The translations under genes and the position numbers were made by a program. Of a stretch of 42,751 nt of DNA, positions 31,968-42,751 are shown piece after piece; the stretch's first letter is position 1; every line of letters begins with the position of its first letter. The DNA is from Rozella allomycis CSF55. Lineage: Eukaryota. The notes beneath the pieces are model-generated. The model was not told the DNA's origin. It saw only the letters and a program-made list of their open reading frames with translations, and did not search any database. The stretch spans positions 124,001 to 166,751 of the forward strand of contig KE561071.1 in the NCBI GenBank assembly GCA_000442015.1. The letters run 5' to 3'.

Positions 31968-33831
31968 TTATTTTAATTCTAGTGTTACCTCCCCGTGTGT
32001 ATTCTTGACTTTTGCTGATTCGAAAGTCGGCCCAAAGACGACTTTGTAGTAATTTTCGTTTACAAGGAGATCATCTCGTAGGGTGGGCTCACCATGTTCA
32101 TAAAAATCCAGAATGGCATAAAATTTTAAAGGAATCTTTGAGTATTTAACATCGTTTGGGTCAAACCTCCTAAAAAACATAAAATAGCATTCATACGGAA
32201 CTTGCTCATCTAATCGATTACCACCTCTTAGTAATTCGAATCCAATAGCCAAATCTTTGTTAACATATACATCCAAAAAGTCTATAATATTTCAATGCGT
32301 AAACACGGTTACCTTCACGATAAGACTGACCTACATTCACATCAATGGTGCGTTCAGGTTTCACTAATTGGTACANCAATGAAAATAGGATGGCAGTCTT
32401 GAAAAATGATTCTTGTTTTAGGACATCCATGCTATGACTCTCTAGCATTTGTTTATGAGAAAGGTTAGAAATTAACGCCAAGACAAGTTCATGATAATTC
32501 TCATCAAATCGAGCATCTGACACTCGACCTAAATACTCATGGCAATATTCCAAGCGATAATAATCTTCGATTAGCTTGCATGACATTTGGCCGCCGCCTT
32601 CAGATCGCAAGACAACAATTCCTAAATAGTTAAGAACTTCAAAACTGGGATGATCAGATGGTAACCACCTATTATAAAGAAGTTTTTCAAAGCCCCGCTT
32701 GAACTTTGATTTTTTTACCTTCAGGCCCATTTTGGCACATTCACTCAAGTGTTCCACCAAATCTTGGATTGGTACAAAACAACGATGGGACCGCAATGGT
32801 TTGTTCAAGCGACCAGCAACGATGCTTTGGTAAACATCATTTGCCGTGGTTATTCCATCCTTTGGAAAATTGTCGCAAACTTCAAGAAAAGATCGATGGA
32901 AGAGACCAGGGTGTCCAAGTGTCATGTCATGAATCAGACTAAGGACTTCTTCAGAAAAGAGATTAGGAATTTTTTCTTTAAAAAACTCATAAACCAGCCT
33001 TTCTTCGCTATCGTCAAAGTGCTGAAAGTCAACCCCTAGCTTTACTGCATAGCATGTCGGTGCATTGAAAGCACCCAAAATGCGTGGTCCGTCAAAGGCC
33101 GCAAATGAAATTATCCCCACTCTATTTTGATTCGTCACGTCGCCTTTAAAAGATTCCCAAAATAGCTAATAAAATTGACCATATTTCACATACCTTGATC
33201 CCGAACACCTTTTGTGTTTCATCAGTTATCAAGATGCAATTAGAGTTAATCATTTTATTAAAATCAATGTTATTGCGTCTTAAGAATTCTTTCACGTCAT
33301 TGAACTGGCCATAATCATCAGTGGCTCCAGTCTCAAATCCTTTAAACGATGCGACATAGACCTTCGTATTCAATCTTGCCAACTTTTGATACAGAAGTTG
33401 ACTTAGCACTGTCTTGCCTGAGAATTTTGGTGCAGATACCAACACTGGTCCTCTTCGCTTAACGCTGTCAATGAGAAGATTAACTTTGGCACTGCGATCA
33501 ATCGCCCCAGTATCTGGCAATCCCTCAAAAACACTGGTAACAAAAATGTCTAATATAATAACAAGTACGCTATAATACCTGTAAACTCTGGCTGCTGCTG
33601 TAAAAGAATATTCATTCTCTCGTCCAAAGGCTTCATTTCCTCTATTAACTGCTTCTTATCCTCTCTTAACTGCTGATAATACTTCCAAAGACCATGCCTT
33701 TCCACAGTGTCGTCGTTATTTATGAAACGCTGGAGAAGGTCTTGAAATTCGGGTGTTCTTTCAACCTCGGAAAGTTTACATTTCAATGTATCCAGCTCTT
33801 TTTCAAGTTCGGTAAGTTTAGATGCTGACAT
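31968..33831 (-). CDS. CR/Crinkler-like protein: helical header + P-loop NTPase + PD-(D/E)xK REase-like domain
   Basis: Header MSASKLTELEKEL...QLREDKKQL; Walker A SAPKFSGKT; Walker B ILITDETQ; TLGHPGL; C-terminal FLDVYVN...GFELL. Three short GT-AG introns (about 33550-33578, 33166-33193 and 32282-32312) join the four ORF-track pieces in frame. Confidence 0.7.
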
Positions 33832-34029
33832 GAAAATAAATTTCAGGGCCCAGGGGTCAATGGCGCATTTTTGATTTGAATAGAGAAGTTTATCGGAAGA
33901 AATAGACATCATCATAACTCATTAAGGAAAATTTTAAATTTTTAATCATTAAATAAGAAATCTGGATCTTTACTTTGACATCCCTCATCCCTGTAACATA
34001 TGGATCTNCTGCCAGGCCTGAAACAACTG

Positions 34030-36744
34030 TCCCAGTGCCAAAGCTACATGTTGGAGTATTCCCTGGATTCAAAAGGTTTGAATTCTCTAAACAGAAATAT
34101 ATACCGATTATGTACAGACAATGGATGGAAGAAGTTATTATTTCAGTAAATCAGTATGTTTCTTCGTTTTATGAACCGAAAGCCAATACTTATGCGTTTG
34201 CTTTAGAAGGTCNTCAAGAAACATAAAAGTGAAAACAATCCTAAGAATGAATTCAACCGCAATGACAGCGATGAAAAATATTTAGATAGCAATGAGGATT
34301 ATTCCAACAATGATGAGAAGAGCAAGATCAAGAAAACCATACAAGGCCACAATTATATTCAATATAGCCTATGCTCTACTATTAATAAAGACATTTTTTG
34401 CGAATCCCGGCCTAAGTCAATATATTTTGAGAATAGTATCACGAGAAGTCCAATATTCTGGCNTTAGAAGGTCCCCAAGGGATAGGAAAGAGTCATTGCC
34501 TTTATTTGATAGCGGCGAAATTGAAAGCTCAGATGGATATTTATCGTGTATTTTATCTTGCAGAGTGTTCGTTTTTGTTACCTGCAGACATAGATGATAT
34601 TATAAATGAGCTGATCTTTTCCTTCCCAGATGAATGCGCAATCGAANAAGCTATATGTGACATCAACATGTCGGAGTATTCCCTGGATTCAAAAGGTTTG
34701 AGGTCTCCAAACAGAAATATATACCGATAATGTACATACAATGGATGAAAGAATCAGTATGTGTTCGTTTTATGAACCGAAAGCCAATACTTATGCGTTT
34801 GCTCCCAAGGAATAGTAAAGAGCCATTGCCTTTATTTGATAAAGGCGAGATTAAAAGTTCAGATGAGTATTTATCGTGTTTTATATCTTCCATAGTGTCC
34901 GTTTTTGTTACCTGCAGATATAGGTGATATTTATAATTGAGCTGATCTTTTCTTTCCCAGATGAATGTGCAATCGAATTTATTGATAGATATAGGAAAGA
35001 TGGTGATTTAGTAAGATGTGTAAAAGATATAAAGAAATGCTATGAATCGAAAGGCATTACCGTTATACTAGTGTTTGATCAGTTTAATACAATCTATGCC
35101 GACGAAAATACCGCCAGACTGTTTAAATTGATAAAGGCATTCTCCATAACAATACCTATGATTGTTTCATATTCTGCAAATAATGACATTGCATTAACCA
35201 AGAGACCATTTGAAAAGTATTTTCCAACTAAATATGAAATATCTGATGAAGAAGCAATGGCATTTTGTAGATTATATGATGAGAATATTAACCGTGACGT
35301 TGTAAGAAAAGTAATTGCTGTAACAGGGGGGATTCCTTTAGAAATCGCTAACTGTTTTAAAGAAAAGNATCGTCTTCAATAAATTTCTCTTTTTCCAATT
35401 CATCAAAGAAAGATTCTTTAGTAAAATAAGTCCTAAGTGTTTCAGCAACCTCTTGTTCAAACGATTCCCAAAGTAAAAGCTTTTCTGGCTCTCTTGTACA
35501 CACTGGGTTCGTAGTATCAGTGGCTGTNGTCATTTTGAAGATTATACGATGCGAATATAAGCCGTGACGTTGTAAGAAAAGTAATTACCGTAACAGGGAG
35601 AATTCCTTTAGAAATCGCTAAATGTTTAAAAGAAGTGGGAAATAGTTACGATGAATCTCTGCAAAAATACGATTTGAAGAAGGATTTCATAGATTTATAC
35701 GTGAAAGAAACGGTGAAGAAAGTTTAATCGCAAATTNGAAGCAGGCTAGTAGATTTGGAATTTTGTTAGCGTATTTGACTTTGATTAACTGATATCTATT
35801 TGCTCTTAGTCTTGGAGGGTGAGTGTCGATCGAGTTTAATATTGGAATTGGAAGGTTGATGCCATCATTCNGAATACTACTGATCTACTTTGTGCGTATG
35901 ATAAGAAACTAGTTACATGCAGCATGAAATCAAATGGAGTGTATTCATACAAGTTTATAAACAATATTGCCTGGAAAGTTGTTTATAATGCTTTACTTTT
36001 ACGTAGATTGATAGATGTGAATCAACTTGATACGATATCAAAAGTTATCTTATCTTCCGCAAGAACAATGGCCACCAAGGGATCTGAGGTGGAACATTAC
36101 TTGATTGTCTCTTCAATTCTTCAAAGAAAGTTTTGGCTATCAAAAGATAAATCAATTGAATTCACAATGCATGTNCTATCGTATCTTCCACAAGAACTGT
36201 GGCACCCCGGATCTGAGGTGAAACATTACTTGATTGTCTCTTCAATTCTTCAAAAAAAAGTTTTGGTTATCAAAATATAAATAAATTGAATTCAAAATTC
36301 ATGTTCAATTCAACAGTGCCATGTTGGAATTTAAATGGACCGAAAATGCTTNAATAATAATTTAAACAATAAGGAATTTATTTTTAGATCTATGGCGCAG
36401 TCGGCATACACGACTGTAATCAAGAATTAATTACCGTAAATAANAATTTTCCTGGATTTGATTTTCTCGTTTATGACCATTTCGAAAAAAAATTGTATAT
36501 CATTCAAGTTACTATTAAAGAAAACAGTAAATCACATCGCAAAGATAATTCATTCATGATTAATACATTATTCATTCGTTTCCTTTCAAACTTAAAAACT
36601 TCTTTGCCCAATGATATAAAAGTATACGAGATATACCTTGTTCATAGTACTTACACTCTTGCTCGCTTTCAAGATGATGAATTTAATGAAATAGCACTTT
36701 CTTCACTATCTGATTGCTATCCTGCCTTGAAGGAGCTTAAGTAA
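34030..36744 (+). pseudogene. Fragmented or mis-assembled CR-like NTPase + REase gene (2-3 interleaved partial copies)
   Basis: Walker A GPQGIGKS at 34470-34493; Walker B VILVFDQFN; VTGGIPLEI; C-terminal FPGFDFLVYD...YIIQVTI. Internal duplications and many single Ns. Confidence 0.6.
35369..35527 (-). pseudogene. N-bounded fragment of another REase-kinase family copy
   Basis: Homologous to 27142-27299, with Ns at 35368 and 35528. Confidence 0.7.
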
Positions 36745-36806
36745 AGTGTGAATCATTGAATAAACACATCAATTATCTTTTATTGCTTATTCCATGAATT
36801 GTGGTT

Positions 36807-37408
36807 TTACCNACAATTATAGCTGGTAAGAACTCCATACTTATGTGAATTCACCGACATGTAACCATAAACTTGATTAACGGCCTTATAAATCTTTTTA
36901 TGATGGTGCTCTTTAAGTTGGCTTTCTCTCTGATAGGTTGCAATAATGTCACCGACGTCTCCCAACGCCCAGGAAGTCTTAACTTCAATTGTTCCTTTTG
37001 GCTTGCTATAAACTTTTGTTGCTTCACCGGTCATCCATATAGCATCGACAGCTCCAATCAAGTGGGATTCTCCCCCAGGTTTACCAATACTGCTTTTTAT
37101 TCCCATGTTATTCAAACACGATTCAACAGACTCATAAATGTATCGACGAAGACACTCTTCCACTTCAGCTTCACACGAACATGGAAAATCTTTTTCTTTA
37201 ATTAATATCTCTTCTTCCAATTTATCACAGAAAGATTCTTTAGTGATTGTTCAAACGATTCCCAAAGCAAAAGTTCTTCTGGCTCTCTTGGACACACAGG
37301 GTTTGTAGTATTAGTGGAGGTGTGACATTCTTTAGGCACTACTCTTGGAAGTTTAATACTATTTAATAACTTGATGGATTTGAAGACAGGCATATGGTGG
37401 CTAAGCAA
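36807..37408 (-). pseudogene. Truncated, frameshifted REase-kinase paralog (REase part only)
   Basis: High identity to 26770-27387 (GAVDAIW...TIEVKTSW...QVYGYMSVNSHKYGVLT). Deletion and frameshift near 37200-37245. Cut at the N at 36812. Confidence 0.8.
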
Positions 37409-37556
37409 CTCGTGATCATAAAAGAAAATAATGCTAAATATAACACTTGTAAGTTCTCAGTCCTTTTTGCTAATGCAAAACTTATCTTTAATCTGAGCCT
37501 ATGGTATAACACATTAGTTTCGATATTTTGCACATTGGAGATGTTATCATTGTATT

Positions 37557-37676
37557 CATATTTGTCAGGGAGTTAGTAGACCCTCTTTGGATCTGGTATN
37601 ATTGTATTCAGTACTGCTGGTAGTACCTTAAGATATTTGTCAGGGAGTTGTGATAGACCCTCTTTGGATCTGGTAC
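37557..37676. repeat. ~40-bp direct repeat across a single N
   Basis: atatttgtcagggagtt..tagaccctctttggatctggta occurs twice, with an N at 37600. Confidence 0.7.
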
Positions 37677-37740
37677 AAGGCATATTATTATTTAAATTTT
37701 AATTCGTCACTACAAATTAATAAACTGTAATTTTTATAAC

Positions 37741-38583
37741 TTAATGCCAAATCTTATAAAGAATGAATGATACAATAGCTACTAGAATGTAATCTGTAAA
37801 CTGTAGTGGTCTTGCCTTTGTTGTATTCCTTTTAATTTCCAGCCTAGGAGCCTGACCTTCTTCACTTTTATCCGCTTCATCTTTGATAATCTCATTAACT
37901 GTATGCTTGTTCGGTTTCCCAAAACTGAATTCTAATGGCGCCTCACCCAGTGTCCTTCCCGTACCATGAGTTTTCAAATCATCTTTAACCACCCGATCAC
38001 AAACACTGCACCTAAATTTATGCGACCTGTTTCACCATCGCCAATCAATTACTCTAAAGCCAGCCTTCTCCTTTCCTCATCACTGCATTTCAGCGACCCC
38101 ACCGCTCCATCCATATCAACAGTAAACACAGACTGCAATGCCAACAATATAGTTCTCACTAACTACACCCCCACCAAAAAGTTTACCGCCCCATGAAGGA
38201 AGCCATTCTTCCGGATGGTACCCCGTAACACTCAAACATATTTTAGTACCAGTTTCGAATCTCCCGTTTTCCTAGTTTTGTTCATTACTAATCATTACAG
38301 TGAGAAACACAATGTTGGGAGGCTTGAATGGAAATTCCGAGGGAAATAGTATCCTGCCGTGATATATGCCCTTTTCGAATACTGAATTTTGTGGACCGAG
38401 GATCGTAAAGTGCCATTCAAATAGATTCGACTGTTTAGGTGATATTAGGTTTTTACGTCGTCAACTGGATAGGCGTAGTAGTCGTAAGTTGGGGATGAGA
38501 GTTCTTTTGCTTCTGAAAGAAGTCTGCGAATCGCTGTATTTTGGGAGCTGTAGCTGGTTACCTGGATTATTAGATAGAGACAT
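37741..38583 (-). CDS. UBE2J1: Tail-anchored ubiquitin-conjugating enzyme E2, UBE2J1/Ubc6 type (mostly missed by the ORF track)
   Basis: Removing five ~26-28-nt introns gives MSLSNNPAIRRLLSEAKEL...NLFEWHFTILGP...GIYHGRILFP.EFPFKPP...NGRFETGTKICLSVTGYHPEEWLPSWGVRTILLAL...C-terminal TM ILVAIVSFIL. Confidence 0.9.
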
Positions 38584-38804
38584 TAATGTAATCCAGATGG
38601 TGGCTATGTTACGGAAACAAAAATAACAGTTGTCGCAACAACTTCGTCGCGTTGTCGAAAAAGCATTTTTCAACATTTTTTAATGAAAGTGAAATAAGAA
38701 GATATTTTAACTCATTTTTATTAAGGAATCATGATATGCCTCCTATTTTTGGTTACACAGTACTACACATATGTAGATTTAGTAAACTTGGCACCAACTA
38801 TCAA

Positions 38805-38878
38805 GCCCTTGTAGCTCAATTGGATAGAGCGTCAGACTTCTAATCTGAAGGTTGCGAGTTCAATCCTCGCCAGGGGTA
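38805..38878 (+). tRNA. tRNA-Arg (anticodon TCT), intronless
   Basis: Acceptor GCCCTTG/CAGGGGT; D arm GCTC..GAGC; anticodon arm TCAGA-CTTCTAA-TCTGA; T arm GCGAG-TTCAATC-CTCGC. Confidence 0.96.
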
Positions 38879-38884
38879 TTTTTT
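38879..38884 (+). terminator. Pol III oligo-T terminator
   Basis: T6 run directly after the tRNA discriminator base. Confidence 0.75.
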
Positions 38885-38984
38885 ACTTACATCATAAAGA
38901 GAAATTGACATTAAATAATTTTGATATGGATCTATGATTGCTTCACTGTATTTTTTAATCATAAATAATTAATCTAAATATTTT

Positions 38985-41900
38985 TTATTCATTTACAATT
39001 ATTTTAAAAGGTTCATCTAACCAAATTGATTGCTTATTTTCCAGATTTTCAACCTGTAATAAGAATTGAAATTTACCACAAACCATAAATACAATATCAA
39101 TCGGAACAGTATAATCTTGATTTCCATGGATCTTAAAAATAATTTTTATAAAGTATTTACGATTGGCAATATTTGCTGTTGAGGAGACAGGAATGAAAAC
39201 TTTCCGCTCCTTTGCAGGTTTTCATATTCATGGTTAACAATTTCAACAGGCAGTATGCGTAAACAGCACCTCAAAGAAGATTCTATTTGCGTTATTTAAT
39301 CCTCATACCAGTTAAATTTTGAACTGAAGCGAACAGACGCACTTTGGACCAACTCTGGCATTCCAGGTGACATTGACGTTCTTTATGTACAGGATCGGCA
39401 AATATATCAAGTAGCATGGTGTCTTTTAAGAGAATAGAAAGATTTCGTTTTGATAAATTGATGTTATCCAAATACAAGGATCCCTTATGATACTGGTTCA
39501 TCTTCCATTGAATGTTGATTTGATCTAAAAGATGTTTCTTGTACCAAAAATATTTTCTCTTTTCATTTTCCTACTTTCTTAATTCTAATTGGGTTTACTT
39601 GTGCTTGGGAGAGCTTTGGACCCTTTGGTACCACGTACTGGCGTTTATTTAGTAATGGTAAAGGACTTTGAAGAATTTCCTGTTGTAAAAATAACTTTGA
39701 TGTTGGTAAAATAATACGCTTCGTTGAGTGGGCAGTAATGTCAGATCTACCAGGTTTGAGACAACCGGGCAAATTAAATTTCAAAGAAATGGAGCAATCC
39801 CAATTGTTATGAATATCTAAAGCCAATAGACAATAATCTCTTGAATTTATATTTAAACTAGTATCTTCATTGAAGAGAATACTTTGGGCATTGTTTAGTG
39901 AATCCAGGCTGTCTTGACTTCCCAGGTGATCATCCCATTCAGAAGAAGTGTATTTAATTACATCAAAGTGAACACATTCGAGACATTTGGGGACTGTTAA
40001 AAGAATTCTCCATTTGAATGTTCTGACGTAATGGTATTCTGATTCGATTGCGCCGAGATTGCCGTATTCAATGATGACATCACAGCCTTTACACAAAAAG
40101 GAGCCATGAACAAGAAATTTGATGTTGATTGGATCTTTGAATGGAAGAATGGGAAGATTTATGTTATTGTTGTCATGAATGAATTCTGGTCTATTTGAAG
40201 CGTAATATTCCAATTCATAGTTGTTTTCAATTGATTCTTTGAATAAAGGATTGAATTTTATTTGGAAATAATCAACAGGGATTGTTCCAATATTCTCTAA
40301 TGACAAAGAAACTTCTTGTCTATATTAAGGGTGATTTGATAGAATTACTTTTCACCTTCAAAGAGCATTAGACTATCATTTAATAAACTATTTCTAGTCA
40401 TTTTTAATAGAGGTTGAGCTTCAATAACATTTAATTGAATTCCTTTATCATTAAAGATTGATTTATTTCCAAATTCATCAATGAAATGTTGACTTTCTGA
40501 ATCCATAATTTTTAAATTTAAACCTAAAATTTTTAATTTTCCTGTTTTGATTGGTTTAACTGAAATTTTTATTTGATAATTGAATGAATTTGGAGGGATG
40601 ATGACAGAAATAGAATCAGTTAGAAAAGCATTTTCATTATTTATTAAAGAAATCGATTGAATTTCAATTGGAAATGACATTGGATTATTAATTAATATTT
40701 CAAACATAAAACTTTCATTCATAATTAAACAATTCTAATCAAATAATGATTTCAAAGTTTACATTATTTTGTTTAGATTTTTCAAATGGATTAAATAGAA
40801 AAGTTAATTGATCTTTCTTTTCAATCTTTTCTTTTTTCATTTGTTTTGGATAAGAAGAATTTAGATTTCTATTTTTAGAATCTATTTTATTTTACGGAAT
40901 TATTTGAATTTTATTAACATCAACAAGACTAACATTTTCATTTAATATTTTAATTGAATTTTTTCTATTATTTTCCTTTTTGTTTGACAAACAAAGTTTC
41001 TTTAATGAATTAAACATTAAAGATTGTTCAGAAGAACTCATATATTTATTCATCTTTCTTAAAAACAAAGTAGTAAAGAATTGAATCAAATCTGGACTCT
41101 TTGTAGATTCTGAAATCGTTAAAACTTCTTTGCAAACAATCTTTTGAACCATCGGCCATCCTTTCAAAACAATCGAATCTTTATTTCAATTTATTTGTTT
41201 ATTACCACTTGAAATTGGCAAATGGAAATATGGAAGCGATTTCTTCATAAATGACAATGCTAAAACTCCCTCTCCATTCTTCCACAAAAGCAACGCTAAT
41301 TGTCGCAGAAAAAATGCCGCCCTTTTAAACATTTTCATTTCTAAATAAATATCACAAACATTCAAAATCAAATTAATCTTTTAAATCAAATTTTCTCGTT
41401 TACTTTTTCTTCTGTCGATAAACTCCCTTCAAATGACCACGCTTTTGATAAAATAGATGCTGCTTCAGCTTTACTATTCAATTCTACCAAAACTCTCGCT
41501 AAATTCAAACACGCTTCAGAAGCAAGCAAATGCGCAACCCCTCTTTCATACAACATTATTACATCCTTGTATCTCTCTGGGAAATCCTCTAATCTCTCCC
41601 TCAAATGCTCTTTATCTCCTTCCCTCCACTCTCATCCCAACCATAAACACCTTACCGCAACTAGATAATTGGCACTCAAAATACCCTCAATTGCACTCGC
41701 TTGCCAAATATAATCCAACCCCAGTTTAGCCGCATCAATAGCCATTGAATAATTCTGTGTTGCTCCTTGTATATTGCCAACCAGCAAATTCAAATCTCCA
41801 ACCAACTTCAATGCTCTTCCAGGCGCTCTCTTTTTCAATTTTACTTGGTCTTCATTCGTTATCGTTACATCCAACTGCATCGGCGACGATATCAGTGTCT

Positions 41901-42560
41901 TCTTTTCAATAGAATTCGCAAGTTTCCCAAAGGTTTGCAGAAATGAGCACGTGAAATCATTAATCATCGTTGCTATAAATTGTATTAAAGTGTATTACAA
42001 AGGTAAAATGATAGTTGCTCATCCTGATTTGGTATCATTATCACATTCTTTGAATTATCAGGCTGATCTTCCCTTGGCTCAAACGCAAAACATCTCTTAT
42101 TAATTATCTGCGGAAACTATATATTGACATTTTAGAAACCTACCTTTGACGTTATCTTGTTAAATCGTTCATGCGCTTCTCCCAAATCGTCATACTGCGG
42201 GCAATGCACTATACCAATAATCTTTACAAAAACAAATCCACCATTCTTACACCGGATATCTGTCTGTATATTTGGAAATCTTCCAATTGAAATAATTCAC
42301 GAGTGTAACTGTCCACAAAATCAAAAAATATGGAGCCATCCTTGGCCATTTGCTGGTTCCTGTAAATATCTTCATGTAAATTATACACATCTATTACTCG
42401 GTCCGCCAGTCAGGTCTGGTGTAATATCAGATAACATCACTTGCTCGTGTTGTTTCAGTGCCTGATAGTATTTTTCGAAAATCGGAATGTCAATAGGACC
42501 GACAGGAACAACTAATACTCTTATGCGGACATTTTGAAGAAAAGAGGGGAGGTGGGTCAT
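38985..42560 (-). CDS. TRS120: TRAPPII subunit Trs120/TRAPPC9, multi-intron
   Basis: N-terminal IRVLVVPVGPI; GRALKLVGDLNLLVG...DYIWQASAIEG; FKRAAFFLR; GWPMVQK; TFLFNPF; NPMSFPIEIQSISL. Exon boundaries are approximate. Confidence 0.88.
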
Positions 42561-42751
42561 ACAATCTCCTTTACAATTTCTTAAATTTCGTAATTGTTTT
42601 TAGTAGATAGAATATACTAAAATATAAAAAAACGGATCGTGAGATACGTGTGAATGTTAATTTTTAGGTGTTTTCGCAACAGCTTTTGTTGAGTGAGCCA
42701 TTCTTGTGGGCTGTGGCGAATCGTTCAACCTTTGAAACATTCCGTGAATCC

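Noticed and set aside
37741-38583. The E2 enzyme as part of the secreted ubiquitin toolkit
   Set aside because: It is an ordinary intron-rich, tail-anchored ERAD E2 with no signal peptide, so proximity is probably coincidental.
42600-42751. Possible exon of a neighbouring gene at the window edge
   Set aside because: Too short to assign strand or product.

Overview
AT-rich, gene-dense eukaryotic DNA with very short GT-AG introns (those delimited here are about 26-31 nt) and intergenic gaps that are often under 50 bp. This fits an early-diverging fungal-type endoparasite such as Rozella/Cryptomycota (inference). The conserved, intron-containing housekeeping genes are glucosidase II alpha, a SulP transporter, EMC1, an SLC35E-type transporter, eIF3d, HUS1, NOP56, GAPDH, a UBE2J1/Ubc6-type E2, tRNA-Arg(TCT) and TRS120. 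Two blocks of intronless, signal-peptide genes interrupt them. The first is a pair of OTU-deubiquitinase-like proteins with Ser in place of the catalytic Cys (4.6-8.2 kb). The second is four tandem signal peptide + F-box + ankyrin-repeat genes (16.0-22.0 kb). Together they look like a secreted toolkit for manipulating host ubiquitination, the most interesting signal here. From 23.6 to 37.7 kb lies an unstable island: a non-autonomous hAT element with an 8-bp TSD, a decayed Ty1/copia element with its 3' LTR, Crinkler-type (CR) REase-kinase and NTPase-REase genes and fragments, and a hairpin built from the kinase-family 5' end. Single N joins flanked by near-identical duplications indicate assembly of divergent haplotypes. 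All domain calls are by eye and need profile or structure confirmation.
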